Assembly (NCBI GenBank): GCA_951406725.2
Contig: OX597817.1
Span: 146,072,001-146,136,000 of the forward strand
Reading direction: 5' to 3'
Length of the DNA stretch: 64,000 nt
Source: Octopus vulgaris
Taxonomy: Eukaryota
The translations under genes and the position numbers were made by a program. Shown in pieces: positions 14,036 through 27,617 of the stretch. Position 1 is the stretch's first letter, and every line of letters begins with the position of its first letter. The notes below the pieces were generated by a model, which had not been told where the DNA came from, did not search any database, and saw only the letters and a list, made by a program, of their open reading frames with translations.

Positions 14036-16028
14036 TTGTACATAATTCCTCACCTCTTAAATATAGAACTGTATTTGTCAGAGGACATGTTCTGCTCCAA
14101 TTGTTTTGATATGGTGTCTGTAGCTGGATGCCCTGCCTAAAGCTGACCACTTTACAGAGGGTACCAGCTGCTGTTTCATAACACCAGCACTATTGAGGTC
14201 ACCATGTGGCTTGCAAAACTAAGATCCCCTTCAACTAAGTGTAACTGCAGAAGAGGAAGAGGTAGCTTTATGCCAGTTGTTGAAAGCTTCCAGTATGAAA
14301 AAAAGGAAAACAGAATAGGCTTCTTGCTGCAAAGTAACAGTTCTTAGCCTTTTTCTTTTTTGTCTGTGGAATCCCTTTCATTCCTATTTTACTCTACTGG
14401 GCCTCCTTAGCCATTCAATGTATATATATATATATATATATATAAAAAAACCCTGTGTTTTTATAATTAATTATTATTAGGAATTGTATTTTAAAATGTA
14501 TTTGGAAATTGTAGTTGTGACCCTCGTGCCGGTGGCACATAAAAAGCACCATCCAAATGTGGCCGATGCCAGTGCTGTAAAAAGCACCATCCAAATGTGG
14601 CCGGTACCAATGCCGCCTTGACTGGTTTTCATGCCGGTGGCACTTAAAAGGCACCCACTACACTCTCAGAGTGGTTGGTGTTAGGAAGGGCATCCAGCTG
14701 TACAAACATTGCCAGATCAGATTGGGACCTGGGGCAGCCCCCTGGCTTCCCAGGCCCCAGTCAAACCGTCCAACCCATGCCAGCATGGAAAAAGGACGTT
14801 AAATGATGATGATCATCATCATGATCATAGAAGTATAAACAACAAAATCTTACACGGAACCCAACTTCCCCCAAAGGCCATATAGACCCCAATTGAGAAC
14901 AACTGCTGTTGAGGAAATACATTGATGCTTACATTATGTAAGCATGGGAGCAGATTCTAAAAGAAACTAAAAAAGGATTATTTTCAAACATAGCACTTCT
15001 ATTGTTTGGTTTTTTTATAAGCTAGCACAGTGAAACTATAATAATGTTTGATTTCCTGCTTGTGTTTTACAGAAAGCCTGGATTTAGTCAACAGCTATGT
15101 AACAAGAGATTCAATGTTAATCGTTGTGTTTACCATTTAAGATCAGCCCCTTTATTTAATGCTAATTTTTAACTGCAGTTTGAAATGTTTTTTTTTTTTA
15201 ATCTTCTGGTCAGTTTTTTCCTCTTTCCTATGTTTTTTAAAATAGAAATTTAACTCATCTTTCTTTAATTTTCCAGTAATTTTGCTACATGCCTCTCTGA
15301 GAATGAGAAGTATAAAGAACAAATTGGCAAACAAGATGGAATATATTGGCCTGAAGCGAAGTCCTATGGGGATCATATTGGAAGGATTTGGTCAGGATCA
15401 TGAATCAGGATAATTAAAAAAAACTTTTAAAAAACTTGAAAAAAAGCAAAAAATTGGCTTTCATATTCCTGTACAGAACCTTTTATTAAAGCCACAAACA
15501 TGTCCAGTAATTTTCACAATGAAGTTTAATTTTTTTTTTAAGAGTGAAAAATATTTGAAAAAAATTGTAAACAAAACTGTTCAAAAACTTGGGAAAAAAA
15601 TATATATATAAAAAAAATGGAAAAAATTAATTTGGAACAAAATTCCTGATAGAAGTGTTATTTTGATGGAGTTGAATGGGGTGACTTGGGAAATCAAAAA
15701 CAAAAAAAATGAAGAACCAGTTGATTCTCTAGTTATATTTCCATGTTACTGGTTACTAAACAAATATTCCTTTGTGATATCTTTTTACTCATATCTCTCT
15801 TCTTCCTTCTAAAACACAGGCTACATGCAAAAATATGCACAACACATGACCTATAACACTGACATACACATTTGATTTTCATACACTAAAAGCAAAAAAA
15901 AAAAAAAAAATGCTCATCAAACAAACAGACATACAGGTACACATAGTGTCCCTTACACAAATGTTCCCACTTGAAATGACACTACCTTCAAGTATATATA
16001 TAGTGTGTGTGTGTATATATATATATAT

Positions 16029-16242
16029 AATACAGTGTACATTTAAACACATAAGGAATCCACTCGTGGTATTCAACACACTAGAAAGAACAGCTAGGTT
16101 CCATAACCACAAAATTAGGAATGAAAGAAAAAAAATAAAAACATTTTACCATTTAGTTTCCTGGTTATGAAACATAGCTGTTCTTTCTAGCGTGTTGAAT
16201 CCCACGAGTGGATTACTTATGTGTTTAAATGTACACTGTATT
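16029..16242. repeat. Inverted repeat, ~81-bp arms, ~52-bp spacer
   Basis: Arms 16029-16109 and 16162-16242. The ORF track shows the same peptide (IQCTFKHI.NPLV.FNTLERTA) on both strands. Confidence 0.9.
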
Positions 16243-16342
16243 TTATGACTAATACATAGTCTTTGGACTAAATTTTTACACGTTAGGCCACTGGAAGTGA
16301 AAATTTCTATTAATTTCCATTTCCCTTTGATATGATTATATA

Positions 16343-16577
16343 TATATGGCAAATGAAAGACAGAAGATGGAATATACAAGAGTTTATTATTAATCAGGAC
16401 AATTGTTTCGACACATCTAGCATCACCTGACGAAATACATCTGCACCGCCGGATGCTCCTGAACCAGTTGTTGAGTGTCCCACCCATGAGGGATCGATGC
16501 TAGATGTGTCATAACAATTGTTGTGATTCATAATAAATTCTCGTATATTCCATCTTCCGTTTTTCATTTGCCATATA
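16343..16577. repeat. Inverted repeat, ~82-bp arms, ~71-bp spacer
   Basis: Arms 16343-16424 and 16496-16577. Contains GAAAC-AATT-GTC on minus. Confidence 0.88.
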
Positions 16578-16652
16578 CATAACGATCACTGTGAAAAGTG
16601 ACCGTGCTTTACCAGTAAGCTACCAGGTGTAAACCATTTGTTTTATTATCCA

Positions 16653-16708
<56 letters not shown>

Positions 16709-19538
16709 TGTAGTTGTACTTGTTATACAGGCTGTAACAGCTGTGCTCAAGGTTTCCACAAATAAGCCCATTCATTGTAATACCTGTATGCTGGTATACT
16801 GTACCACATTTATGTTCTGAGATATATTTGTATGTGAACATAGGGATATGGCCACATACAACAAATGCATAATACTGCTGTAAACATCCACAGACACTCA
16901 CACACATATGCGCACACACACACACACACTCCTATAGAAACAGCCTCATTCATCACCCTATATAAACATCTGTATATCAAAATGAGGGTACACCCCTATA
17001 TAAACAGCTATACATCGACATTCAGGTACACTTCTATATAGACATATCTGTAAAGCAACATCCTGACATATCCGTGCATTATTAACATATATATATAAAG
17101 TGGATCTGCCTTCGGTTTCGAAGCTGAGTGCTTCAGTTGCTCATCCAACTGAGCTACAAGCAACCAACTGGCTGAGTGTTCCACAGACAAATGTACTCTT
17201 ATTGTAATCCTTTGGAAGAATCAGCATGACATGATGATGTGTGCCAAAGCTGGTCCCTTTGAATTACAAGTATAGTCCATCCGATGAGCTTCCACACAGT
17301 TTCCATCTGCCCAGTTTCACTCACAAGACTTGGGTCAGCCACAGGTTAAGGTAAAAGACACTGGCCCAAGATGCCATATGACGAGATTGAACCTGGAGGC
17401 CTCACGATTGCAAAGCAAACTTTTTAACCACTTGGCTATGCCTGTGCCTATAATTTTTTTTTTTTTTCTTACACATGCACATACATTTACACACATGTAA
17501 ACACACTCCTACGACACAAACCTGTAGACATTCCCCTCCACAGATGCATTTGCACTTGTTTATACACACACACACACTTTGCAGACACACACACACACAT
17601 ATACAATGCATATGGTATTGATCTATTTTCAATTATCTTGTTCATCCTTCCTGTTTCTTGAGCCTGAAATAGGCTTTCTCTCTCTGTATTCTGTTTCCAC
17701 CGATGTTGATGATGCTGATTCTCTTACGCTAAATGTAGTCAATGGGTGTTTTTTTTTGTTTTTTTGTTTTTTTTTTTCCTCTTCTAAATCTGAAAAAGTG
17801 AATATAGCAGAAGTTTAGACATAAACAGATTGCCCCCCACCCATTTTTTTTTTTTTTTCACAATTCTATTTTTCTGCTAGTTTTTCTTGTTCAGTTCTTC
17901 AGTGAGATCATTGATTTCCAAAGATGTCTTTTTCTTTCTTTTTCTCTCTCTCTCTCTCACTCTCTATTCATATTGAATTATAATTTCCTTTCATTAAGTG
18001 TTGACGCTGATTGAGTTTGCAACTATGTTAACTTAAACCCTTTTGATACCAATGCACCCGAAACTGTCTCTGGTTTTATAATACAAAGTTCCTGTTTTAA
18101 AGCAATTTAAATTAAAACCTACCATCAAAATTTCATGTTTATTTATCTTACAAACACTTGCTTGGTAATGGCAAAGTTATTTTACTAAATCCTTCATTAC
18201 TTTCAAAACTGACTGAAACAAAGTGTATTTCAACAAAAATATGGTAACAAAAGGGTTGATGCATCTACCTATGATCATGATGGTAACGCTAATACTTTTA
18301 ATAACAGCTACTTTAAGTTAGCTGGTGTTTATATGGTGGTCAGTGAACTTTTACCAAAAACTGACCAGTGAAAACTTTTTTTTTCCTTTACTTTTTTTTT
18401 TTTTTAAATATTTGGCTGCGAACACAAAAATGGCTGCTACTAATGTTAAAATCATGAAGAAAAGCAATTAGGTACACCGTTTACAAAGACTATGGGAGAT
18501 TTTGAACTATTATTTTATATTCTACCCTTATTGTTAGTCTTTTCGTTCCTAAACTCATCTATAATTGATCTTCAGAATTTGTCTGGTTTATAAATTTTCT
18601 CTCTGAATCTATTTTTGCTGATATTGTTTGTTTCATTTATTTGTATTGTTTAACCAATTCCCAGAAGGTCCAGCTTCAGTTGATTTTTTTTTTTCTTTTC
18701 TCCTTTCTTTTATAATTTTTTTGTCTTGTTTTTATCCCCATTTCATTTCTTTTCTTTTTTTTTCCTTTTTTTTTTTTTTGAAAAGGTTTAAATGATACAA
18801 AATATTTGAATTCTTCCAAAATCATCATTCAAAAGTCCTCTATTTTTTTGGTTTTCATTGTCTGTGTTTACATATTTTTCCTTTTTTTTTTTTCTTTTTT
18901 TTTTCTTCCTGACAGACGCCTGTTTTATACACAAGTCTTTTCTTCTTCAAAACATTACCCATATCAGTGATGTTCAGCTGAAATAAACTAAAGATTTACA
19001 CAGATTTATTTTCTTTTCTTATTTATTTTTTTAGAATTTTATTTATTTATTGCATGCCAAAACTGACCAGTTGCTCTTCACATTCTTCTACTGTCAAAAG
19101 ATCCTAACACAATACTTAGGATATTGTTTTCTGTACACTGTCCTCAGTTCTTTCAAATTCTGTTTTGCTTTTTGGTGGGTGATGGGATCTCAGGCCAGTA
19201 CCATGTAAAAAGCACCCAGTACGCTCTGTATAGTGGTTGGCATTTAGGAAGGGCCTCCAGCCATAGAAACCATGCCAAAACAGAAATAGAGCCTAGTATA
19301 GCCCTCTGGCTCACCAGCTCCTGTCAAACTGTCAACCCATGCCAGCATGGAAAATGGATGTTAAATTATGTTGATGATGATGTGTTGGAGAGGGACAATT
19401 ACAATAATAAAAAAACAAATTCATAAAAATTTTTAATTCTCTGATTGAAATTGAAAAAACAATGAAATTCAAAGAAATATCTAAGCAGTGTAATATCCAA
19501 AAACAACAAAAATAAACTTAAATAATGCAATGTTTTAA

Positions 19539-19978
19539 CCCTTTTGTTACCAACCTGGCTGAAACTGGTTCCAGCTCTGTAAAGTTCTGAATTAAAATCT
19601 TCCACGAAACCTTAGTTATCATTAAGCTAGTGTTAGGAATATAAATTGTGACTAAGTTATTTTGCTAAATTCTTTCTTATATTTAAAATTAATTGAAAGA
19701 AACACAGAGCATCTCAATAGAAATATGGTAACAAAAGGCTTAACAAATGATTAATTTAATCCTTTCGATACCAACCTGGCTGAAACTATCTCTGGCTCTG
19801 TAGTACAAATGTCTTGTTTTCATAAGTTCTGAATTAAAATCTTCCAAACCTTAGTCACAATTTATGTTCCTAACACTAGCTTAATGATAACTAAGTTATT
19901 TTGCTAAATTCTTTCTTATATTTAAAATTAATTGAAAGAAACGCAGAGCATCTCAAAATAAATACAGTAACGAAAGGG
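19539..19978. mobile_element. Two adjacent piggyBac-type MITEs (19539-19739 and 19760-19978)
   Basis: Each has TTAA-CCCTTT...AAAGGG-TTAA-type termini and a shared ~220-bp body. Confidence 0.85.
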
Positions 19979-20252
19979 TTAAAGAAGGCCAAAGTATCAC
20001 CACCCTTGTTGTTTTAACATCCAGTTTTCCTTGCTTGCTTGTATTGGATAAAGCTTTTATTGAGGCAGATTTTCTAGTGCCAGGTGTCCTAGTTACCAAA
20101 TCTCACCTGATTCCAAGTGAGGTAATATTTCCCTATTGCCAGATATGTTATCACAGAATATTGGAAACGAATGATGACACTGCTTGTTTAAGTCACTCTC
20201 GTTTACAACTCTATCGTGCAATATCACAAACAAGCATACACACTTGCTCGCG

Positions 20253-20283
<31 letters not shown>

Positions 20284-21325
20284 ACACACACACACACATC
20301 AGCAAAGATTGTTGGCCAACGGAATGTATGTAGAATGGTTACTTGGTACTTACATGATCATGAATGGTATTCTTAAACTGAAGAAAGAGTTGTATTGTTG
20401 AAACATGTATATTCATTTTCTTTCACTGATAATGATTAGGGAAAATGTTATTCCAATGCTTTCCATGAATGAGAGACCAGTTTGTGTGGGAGTTCATTTA
20501 TTTATTTATTTATATAGGAACAGTAAACATCAGCCATTGATCTGAAGGGAAAGAAAACATGGGTTACCTTAGTTAACTGATTTTGTTACTAATTGAGCAG
20601 CTAACTGGCTTCCATGCCGGTGGCATGTAAAAAGCACCATTCGAGTGTGATCATTACCAGCGTCGCCTTACTGGCACATGAAAAAACATTCAAGCGAGGT
20701 CATTGCCAGTGCCGCTGGACTGGCTCCTGTGCTGGTGGCACATAAAAAGCACCATTTGAGCGTGGCACGTAAAAGCACCCACTACACTCTTGGAGTGGTT
20801 GGCATTAGGAAAGGCATCCAGCTGTAGAAACTCTGCCAGATCAGATTGGAGCCTGGTGTAGCCATCTGGTTCGCCAGCCCTCAGTCATTCGTCCAACCCA
20901 TGCTAGCATGGAAAGCAGACGTTAAACGATGATGATGAGCACAAATTGTTGGAGTATTGGTAAAGATGGCTGTTTTATTTCATGACAATTTATAGCTAAA
21001 TCTGGAAACATCTCCATCACCGTGTATCAGTGGTTCTCAACTGAAGGCCATATGACTCCTAGGGTGGTAGATCTATGAAAAAATGTTAATTTGGATGTGT
21101 CTCTTGCAAGAAACCACCAAATTTCTTTTCTCTAATGTTTTACATACTTCAGCATACGCAATGCATCAAAAAAATAGAATAGGAATTTGGAAAAAAGTAT
21201 CCATAAAACTAGTTTTCAAACATTCAATGGCTTTGGGGTCCACCAGAATAGAAGAGTAACCAAGGGGGTCCATGGGAAAAAATGGTCAAGGATCATTGCT
21301 ATATGTTTTCAAGGAACAGCTTTAA

Positions 21326-21542
21326 CCCTTTCATTACCAATCCAGCTGAAACCGGCTCTGTTTCTGAGTACAAATGTCTTGTTTTCATAAGTTCTGAATT
21401 AAAATCTTCCACCAAACATTAGTCACAATTTATGTTCCTAACACTAGCTTAATGATAACTAAATTATTTTACTAAATTTTTTGTTGTATTTAAAGTAAAT
21501 GAAAGAAAAACAGAGCATCTCAAAATAAATACAGTAAAAGGG
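21326..21542. mobile_element. piggyBac-type MITE, same family (other copies at ~18038-18255, and a partial one from ~23691)
   Basis: TTAA|CCCTTT...AAAGGG|TTAA, body homologous to 19760-19978. Confidence 0.85.
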
Positions 21543-22467
21543 TTAAGCTAAAGAATAAGCTTTTAAAAAAAAAACTACTCAAGAAATTTGCAATGATTTA
21601 TGTGTATAAAGAATAATTCTGTAAAGTCGATGTTCCATGGAGTCAAGAAAATGGAATTTTCTCTCAGACCAAGATTTTATTTCTAAATATCAATGTTATG
21701 TTCTCCCTACAGTTTATAAATTTATCTACGTTTAAATAAACCAGTTACTTCATTACAATCATCATCATTTAATGTCCATTTCCCATGCTGACATGGGTTA
21801 GACAATTTGACGACCCAGTGATGCAGAGAACTGCACCTAGCTCCTCTGTTTTGGCATGAATTTTATGGTCAGATACCCTTCCTAATGCCAACCACTTTAC
21901 AGAATAGACTGGGTGCTCTTCAGGTGGTACCAGCACCATCACAATCAGATTTGGCATGGTTTTTATGGCCGGATGCCCTTCCTATTGTCAACCACTTTAC
22001 AGAGTGGACTGACTCTAAAACTGAAACTGAATGTACAAACAGTAGCTGCAAATTTATTAATAGACTTTTAACTTTATAGTGTTGGTGCCACTATAAAATG
22101 TAGTCAGGGTGCTGTAAAGTAGTTGGTGAATGAGCTGAGACCGATTGAGAGGTCCACTTTAGCCTTGTCAAGGAGTTGACAACTTCTTCAGGGTTAGTAA
22201 CAGGATAAAATGCATCCAGTACACTTTGTAAAGTGGTTGGTGTTAGAAAAGGTACCCAACCATAGAAATGAAACCAAAAATTAAACTTTGGGCAAGATGT
22301 GTTCCTCTTGACCTTTCTAGGGAGGCAGTAACTCCCAATAAGAACCAACTTGGACTGTAGCAACCTTTCCAACCTATGCCAACTTGGAAAACAGATATAA
22401 AATGATGGTTATGCAAAAAATATAGATAGATTGGTAGCTACTACTCACATTTTTTTTTCTCTCCTTG

Positions 22468-22509
22468 TTTCTTTCTGTGGAAGAGCGTAGGCTCGAAACG
22501 TTAAAGAAA
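22468..22509 (+). ncRNA. Variant minimal hammerhead-like motif (Penelope-type remnant)
   Basis: TTTCTTT CTGTGGA A GAGC-GTAG-GCTC GAAAC GTT AAAGAAA. Perfect 7-bp stem I, 4-bp stem II and palindromic AACGTT stem III, but the core deviates from CUGAnGA. Confidence 0.45.
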
Positions 22510-24387
22510 TTTTCAATTCCTGAGCATTATACTAATACATCTGTTTGTTTTCTACACCACCTGTCTTTGTTTTTTGTTTTTTTCGTGAATATATATACAT
22601 GTGTGTGTGTATAAATGTTTGTGTCTGTGTTTGTCCCCCCCACCATCGCTTGACAACCGATGTTGGTGTGTTTACGTCCCTGTAACTTAGCAGCTCGGTG
22701 AAAGAGACTGATGGGATAAGTACTAGGCTTAGAAAGAACAAGTGCTGGTGTCGATTTGTTCAAATAAAGGCAGTGCTCCAGCATGGCTGCAGTCAAATGA
22801 CTGAAACAAATGAATGAATAAAAGAATTTTATATAGAACTGTAATATTCCAGCTTAAAAATGTGTATCTGAGTTAAATCTGAGAAATACAGAGCATCTTT
22901 TTAAGTTTGTGTTCTTGTTTGGAGTATTCTTTGTTATAGTATTCAAGTTATAAATCTTAAAATGATGCCAAAAGTCTAAGATAATCAGACTTACTTTTTC
23001 TTTAAAATGCTTCACTGAATAGAAACAATTTTAATTCAACTAATTTGTTTATTTTCTAAGGTTTATATTTTATCCTTTCTCTAACATCGTTAATGTTGAT
23101 TTAAATTAAGCTGAAAATTTCTCTTGATTCTACAAATATTACAATATATACATATACTTCTATCCTTGTTTATCAAAGGGGTTTGGTTAAAAAGGAAAAG
23201 CTGGTAAAGGAATCATCTCTATGCACTTTGTAAATGGAACAAAATGAAAGAATCATGGCCCACAGCCACAAAGCCTCTACCATCATCTATTTTCTTGATC
23301 TACTTTTTCCAGTAGAAAACACACTCATCTGCATCATTTGTTGGGATCAGGTACCTCCATATTTTCTCTGTTCACTGGTGACGTGTTGATGAGTCCGAAT
23401 ACATAAATCCTTATATAAAATATGCAAACGAGAGATAATCAGTCCATTCTGTGATAAGCATAACATGGTTCACAACTGAGCGTACTGTTTTATCCTGGGT
23501 CAGTGATAAACAAAGCTACATATATTTGACTATCTTGGATTTTTATGAGTGTATATAAATATATAAATATAAATTTACAGCAATAAGATAGTGGGAAAAC
23601 TGAGCTATGATATTTTTTCCGTTTTTGTCAAGTGGTTCATGCTGTTTTTCATTTCTTTTTTTCTTTTATCTGAATTTGTATCTCAATTTAACCCTTTCAA
23701 TACCAATCTGCTTGAGACCACCTGCAGTTCTGTAATACAAAATATCTCGTTTTACAGGATTCATATTAAAAAAAACCTTCCGTCATAATTTTATGCAAGA
23801 CTCTTTTGTTATATCCCTAACACCAGCTTAATAATGGAAAAGTTAAAAATCCCTCCAGATCTCTCATTATATGAATTGGTTTTTAATTAAAATGTATAAA
23901 TTAAAATTTTGTTCATATTGAATAAATATAAAAGGATTAGACTGTTAGATATCTTTTTAATAATTTCACTAATGTGTGTGTGTGTGTGTGTGGTACTAAA
24001 TGCATAATTATAGTTATATTATTATTGTATGCTTTGGCCTGTATTTATATAAAAAATGAAATAAAAAGCTTGAGCTTTTGCACGTGTTGTTCACAAAAGA
24101 TTCTTAAATGCAAGAGCATAACGGTGAGCGTTTCCTTCAAACTTTCATTTCATATTTCAAAAAATATTCAGACAGTGACTATTGCAAAGGAAGTCAGGAT
24201 AAGTTTACCAGCTGATGATCAGAAAGGAGCAACTTGGAAATCGGTTCTGGAAATCGGAACCTTTCAGTTATAATATATTAAAGAATAATCTACATTTGTA
24301 TTGAATTCACAAAAACTGTTACTCAGAGTTTCTACTGAGTTCTGTAATTTGTTGCTTCTGGTGAATCAACAGAGATTTATATATATA

Positions 24388-24787
24388 CAAGGTGTTCAGA
24401 AAAAGTCTCTCTGCAGTATTTTATTGCAAAATAAATATAAGATGGAATAAGACTACAAAAGAATATATTAGACTTTACAAGACTTTAAAAAACTTTATAG
24501 GAGGTGATGAAAGTGTCGTCCTTCATTTTCAATACATAAATTGATTCTTCTACACGTGTTTTGAAATACATCTTGGAGAGTCTGATGTGGTATGAACATG
24601 TGAAGATTATAATTGTGTCTTTTAGCTCATTAATGGTTTTCGGGATATTCTTGTACACTGATCCTTTACTTGCTCCCTAGAAAAAAAACTTTGGCAGTGT
24701 TAAATCAGGTGATTTTAGTGGCCTTGTCCCTTCGAAATAATCCATTCACCGAAAAATTCACTGCAGAGAGACTTTTTGAACACTCTG
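24388..24787 (-). mobile_element. Deleted Tc1/mariner-superfamily element (maT/rosa-like) with TIRs and TA TSD
   Basis: caaggtgttcagaaaaagtctctctgcagt / actgcagagagactttttgaacactctg flanked by TA. Internal minus frame reads PLKSPDLT...KGSVYKNIPKTINELKDTI. Confidence 0.78.
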
Positions 24788-24792
24788 TATAT

Positions 24793-24844
<52 letters not shown>

Positions 24845-26049
24845 TTAGGGAGTATAACTCCAAACTTACAGGGAAAAATTCAATTTAGTATTAAATCAAA
24901 TTTCACAGTATAAATATATAAATTAGAGATAAAACCACTATTATGCAACTCAAACAGTGATAGACGTAAACCAATACATAAATAACAAATAATATATATA
25001 TATATTACGGAGATGTACTCGCATAGCAAGTAATTTGATCTGAGATCGTGTGCTGAAACGAAAACAATTGGAGCGTGGAAGGTGTTTATAAGCCATTTAA
25101 GAAATATATAGAAATAATTTTTTTTTATAATATATAACTTATAACCAGATCTCAAAAAGTATAAAATATATATATATACATACACTCACACACACATATA
25201 TATATATATATGAATGTGAAGTGCTTTTGTCAAAAAATAAACTCCACTGGTACTGGTACACTCAACACATTGTAATTTTGCTTTTGTTCCTGAATGATTT
25301 AATGTATGCATACTCTGCTGAACAGAATGATAAGTAAAGTTGTCAGGACTGTTGCTCTACTTTATGATTATTTAAATAAACATAACATTTTTGTCCTGGC
25401 TATTTCCAATCCCTTATTTTGTCGAAATTGTCTTCTGATTTATGATCTCTGGTTCTTCTACACTGATATAACCAAACTGGAATTAAAGATTCTGATTCTG
25501 TTGTAAGACAACAGAGCGATTCTTTCAGATGTTGCAATTTTCTGCTGAAATGAAATATTTTATTATACAAATTGTTTGTTAAGAAACACAAGCCATTCTG
25601 TCTTTATAGTATCATGGTGGTCCCAATGTTGATGACAATAAAACTGCTTTTAATGTTACCTACATTTATAAATGTCTTTTCTTTTCTTCTTTTTTTTTCC
25701 TTCTTTTTGCTTTGTTACTTTTTGGGTCTGGAGACATGTTGCAGTGCTCTTGGCACCTTTGCAGGTTCTTTAAGGTTCACGATACTGATACCTATTTCTT
25801 TACTACCCACAAGGGTACCTACACAGAGGGGACAAACGAATTAAGTCAATTACATCGACCCCAGAGTGTAACTGTTACTTAATTTATCGACCCTGAAAGG
25901 ATGAAAAGCAAAGTCGACCTCAGTGGAATTTGAACTCAGAACGTAGCGGCAGACGAAATACCACTAAGCATTTTGCCCGGTTTGCTAACATTTCTGCCAG
26001 CTCACCACCTTTTGGTTCATGTTACTGATACCATTAATATTTCTGTTGA

Positions 26050-26300
26050 AGCTTTGTAAGTCAAGGGAAGGAATTCCAGAAGGTTAACATTCTGGTAAGG
26101 AAAGACTAAGAATAATAATTAGTGTATAGCCAGAGAATGGGGTGAACACAACAAGAGGAGGAGAGACAAAGTTGGGAAGGAATACCTGAGTGGTGATATA
26201 AGCTCATCCAGCTCTGAGGAGCAGAGGTCATTATAGTAATGGTAGAAAAGTCAGAGGCAAGAGGCAGCACTCCTGTGGTCCAGAGTCTGGAGAGTGTCTG
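26050..26300 (-). mobile_element. Degenerate L2/CR1-group LINE C-terminal fragment
   Basis: LQTLDHRSAASCL*LFYHYYNDLCSSEL resembles the LxHRRxVAxLxLFYxYYxxxCSxEL block. Confidence 0.55.
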
Positions 26301-26323
26301 TAGGTGACTTTATACCTTATATA

Positions 26324-27617
26324 TTAGGTTGAGGAATAATTTGTGAGCGCTTTTTGTTTTGTTTTTTTTTTTTCAAATTTATTTTAAACAAAAAAATCAA
26401 TCAATAATATACTCTCCTTTGTTGTTTACAACTTCCTCCCATCATTCAATAAGTTTTTTGATGCCTTTGCTATAGAAATCTCCCAGTCTTGACTCAAAGA
26501 ATTTGTCTAACCAAGCCCTCAATTCTACATCATTATTGAACGATACACCATGCAAAGCATTCGAAAGCAGTTGAAAGAGATGAAAATCCAACAGCACCAA
26601 GTCTGGAGAGTATGAAGGATGAGGTAGCACTTCCCATTCAACTTCTTGAATCATGGCTTTGGTCATATTGGCAATGTGAACCTTGCCCATGGAGTAAAGG
26701 TTATTCAACAGATTTTTTTATCACAATCCATCTGCTCCACCAATTCTCTGGCTGTTTGATGTGGAAAACCTGACAAATGAAGTGAGTTCATGGCTTGCAG
26801 GATGGTCTGCTGGAGACCTATTGAGTCAAGTACATCAACATCAAAATAAAAATCAAAGGCAATTGTAGTTGTGACACCCGTGCCGGTGGCATGTAAAATA
26901 TACCATCCGAACGTGGCCAATGCCAGCACCGCCTTGACTGGCGTCCATGCTGGTGGCATGTAAAAGGCACCAACTGATCATGGACGTTGCCAGCCTCCTC
27001 TAGCCTCTGTGCCGGTGGCATGTAAAAAGTACCCACTACACTCACGGAGTGGTTGGTGTTAGGAAGGGCATCCAGCTGTAGAAACACTACCAGATCAGAC
27101 TGGAGCCTGGTGCAGCCTCCTGGCTTCCCAGACCCCGGTCGAACCATCCAACCCATGCTAGCATGGAAAACGAGTGTTAAACGATGATGATGATGATGAC
27201 GATGAAGTTGATTCAATTGCTTTTCATCGAACTCAGTTGCTCAACTATTGTGTGATCTGTCCTTGAGGTCAAAATTCCCATTTTTGAAGCACAGAAACCA
27301 ATGACAGGCAGTACTTTGAAGCATTGCTCCTTCTCCACACACAGCACAAATCTCATGAGCAATTTCGGCAGCCTTAACACCTCGATTAAATACAAAAAGC
27401 AAATGGTGTCAAAAAGGCTCAGTTTTGTCCATTTGACATTCCATTTTAAAGATCTAAAAATACACAAAAGTCAATACAATTAAAAAATCAAAACACACTA
27501 TCTTGTAGAGCCAAAAACTTTGTTTTAAATAACATAAAACATTTTGTTAATCCATTTTATTTCTGTGTGCATTTTTAAAGTTGAAAAAAAACCCTCATGA
27601 ATTATTCCTCAACCCAA
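26324..27617 (-). mobile_element. Internally deleted mariner (DD34D-type) element with ~30-bp TIRs, interrupted by a retro-repeat at ~26765-27205
   Basis: TIRs ttaggttgaggaataatt / aattattcctcaacccaa, with TA at 26322. Transposase pieces WEVLPHPSYSPDL..DFHLF...FYSKGIKKL and N-terminal HEICAVCGEGA...WF..FKNGNFDLKD. Confidence 0.9.
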
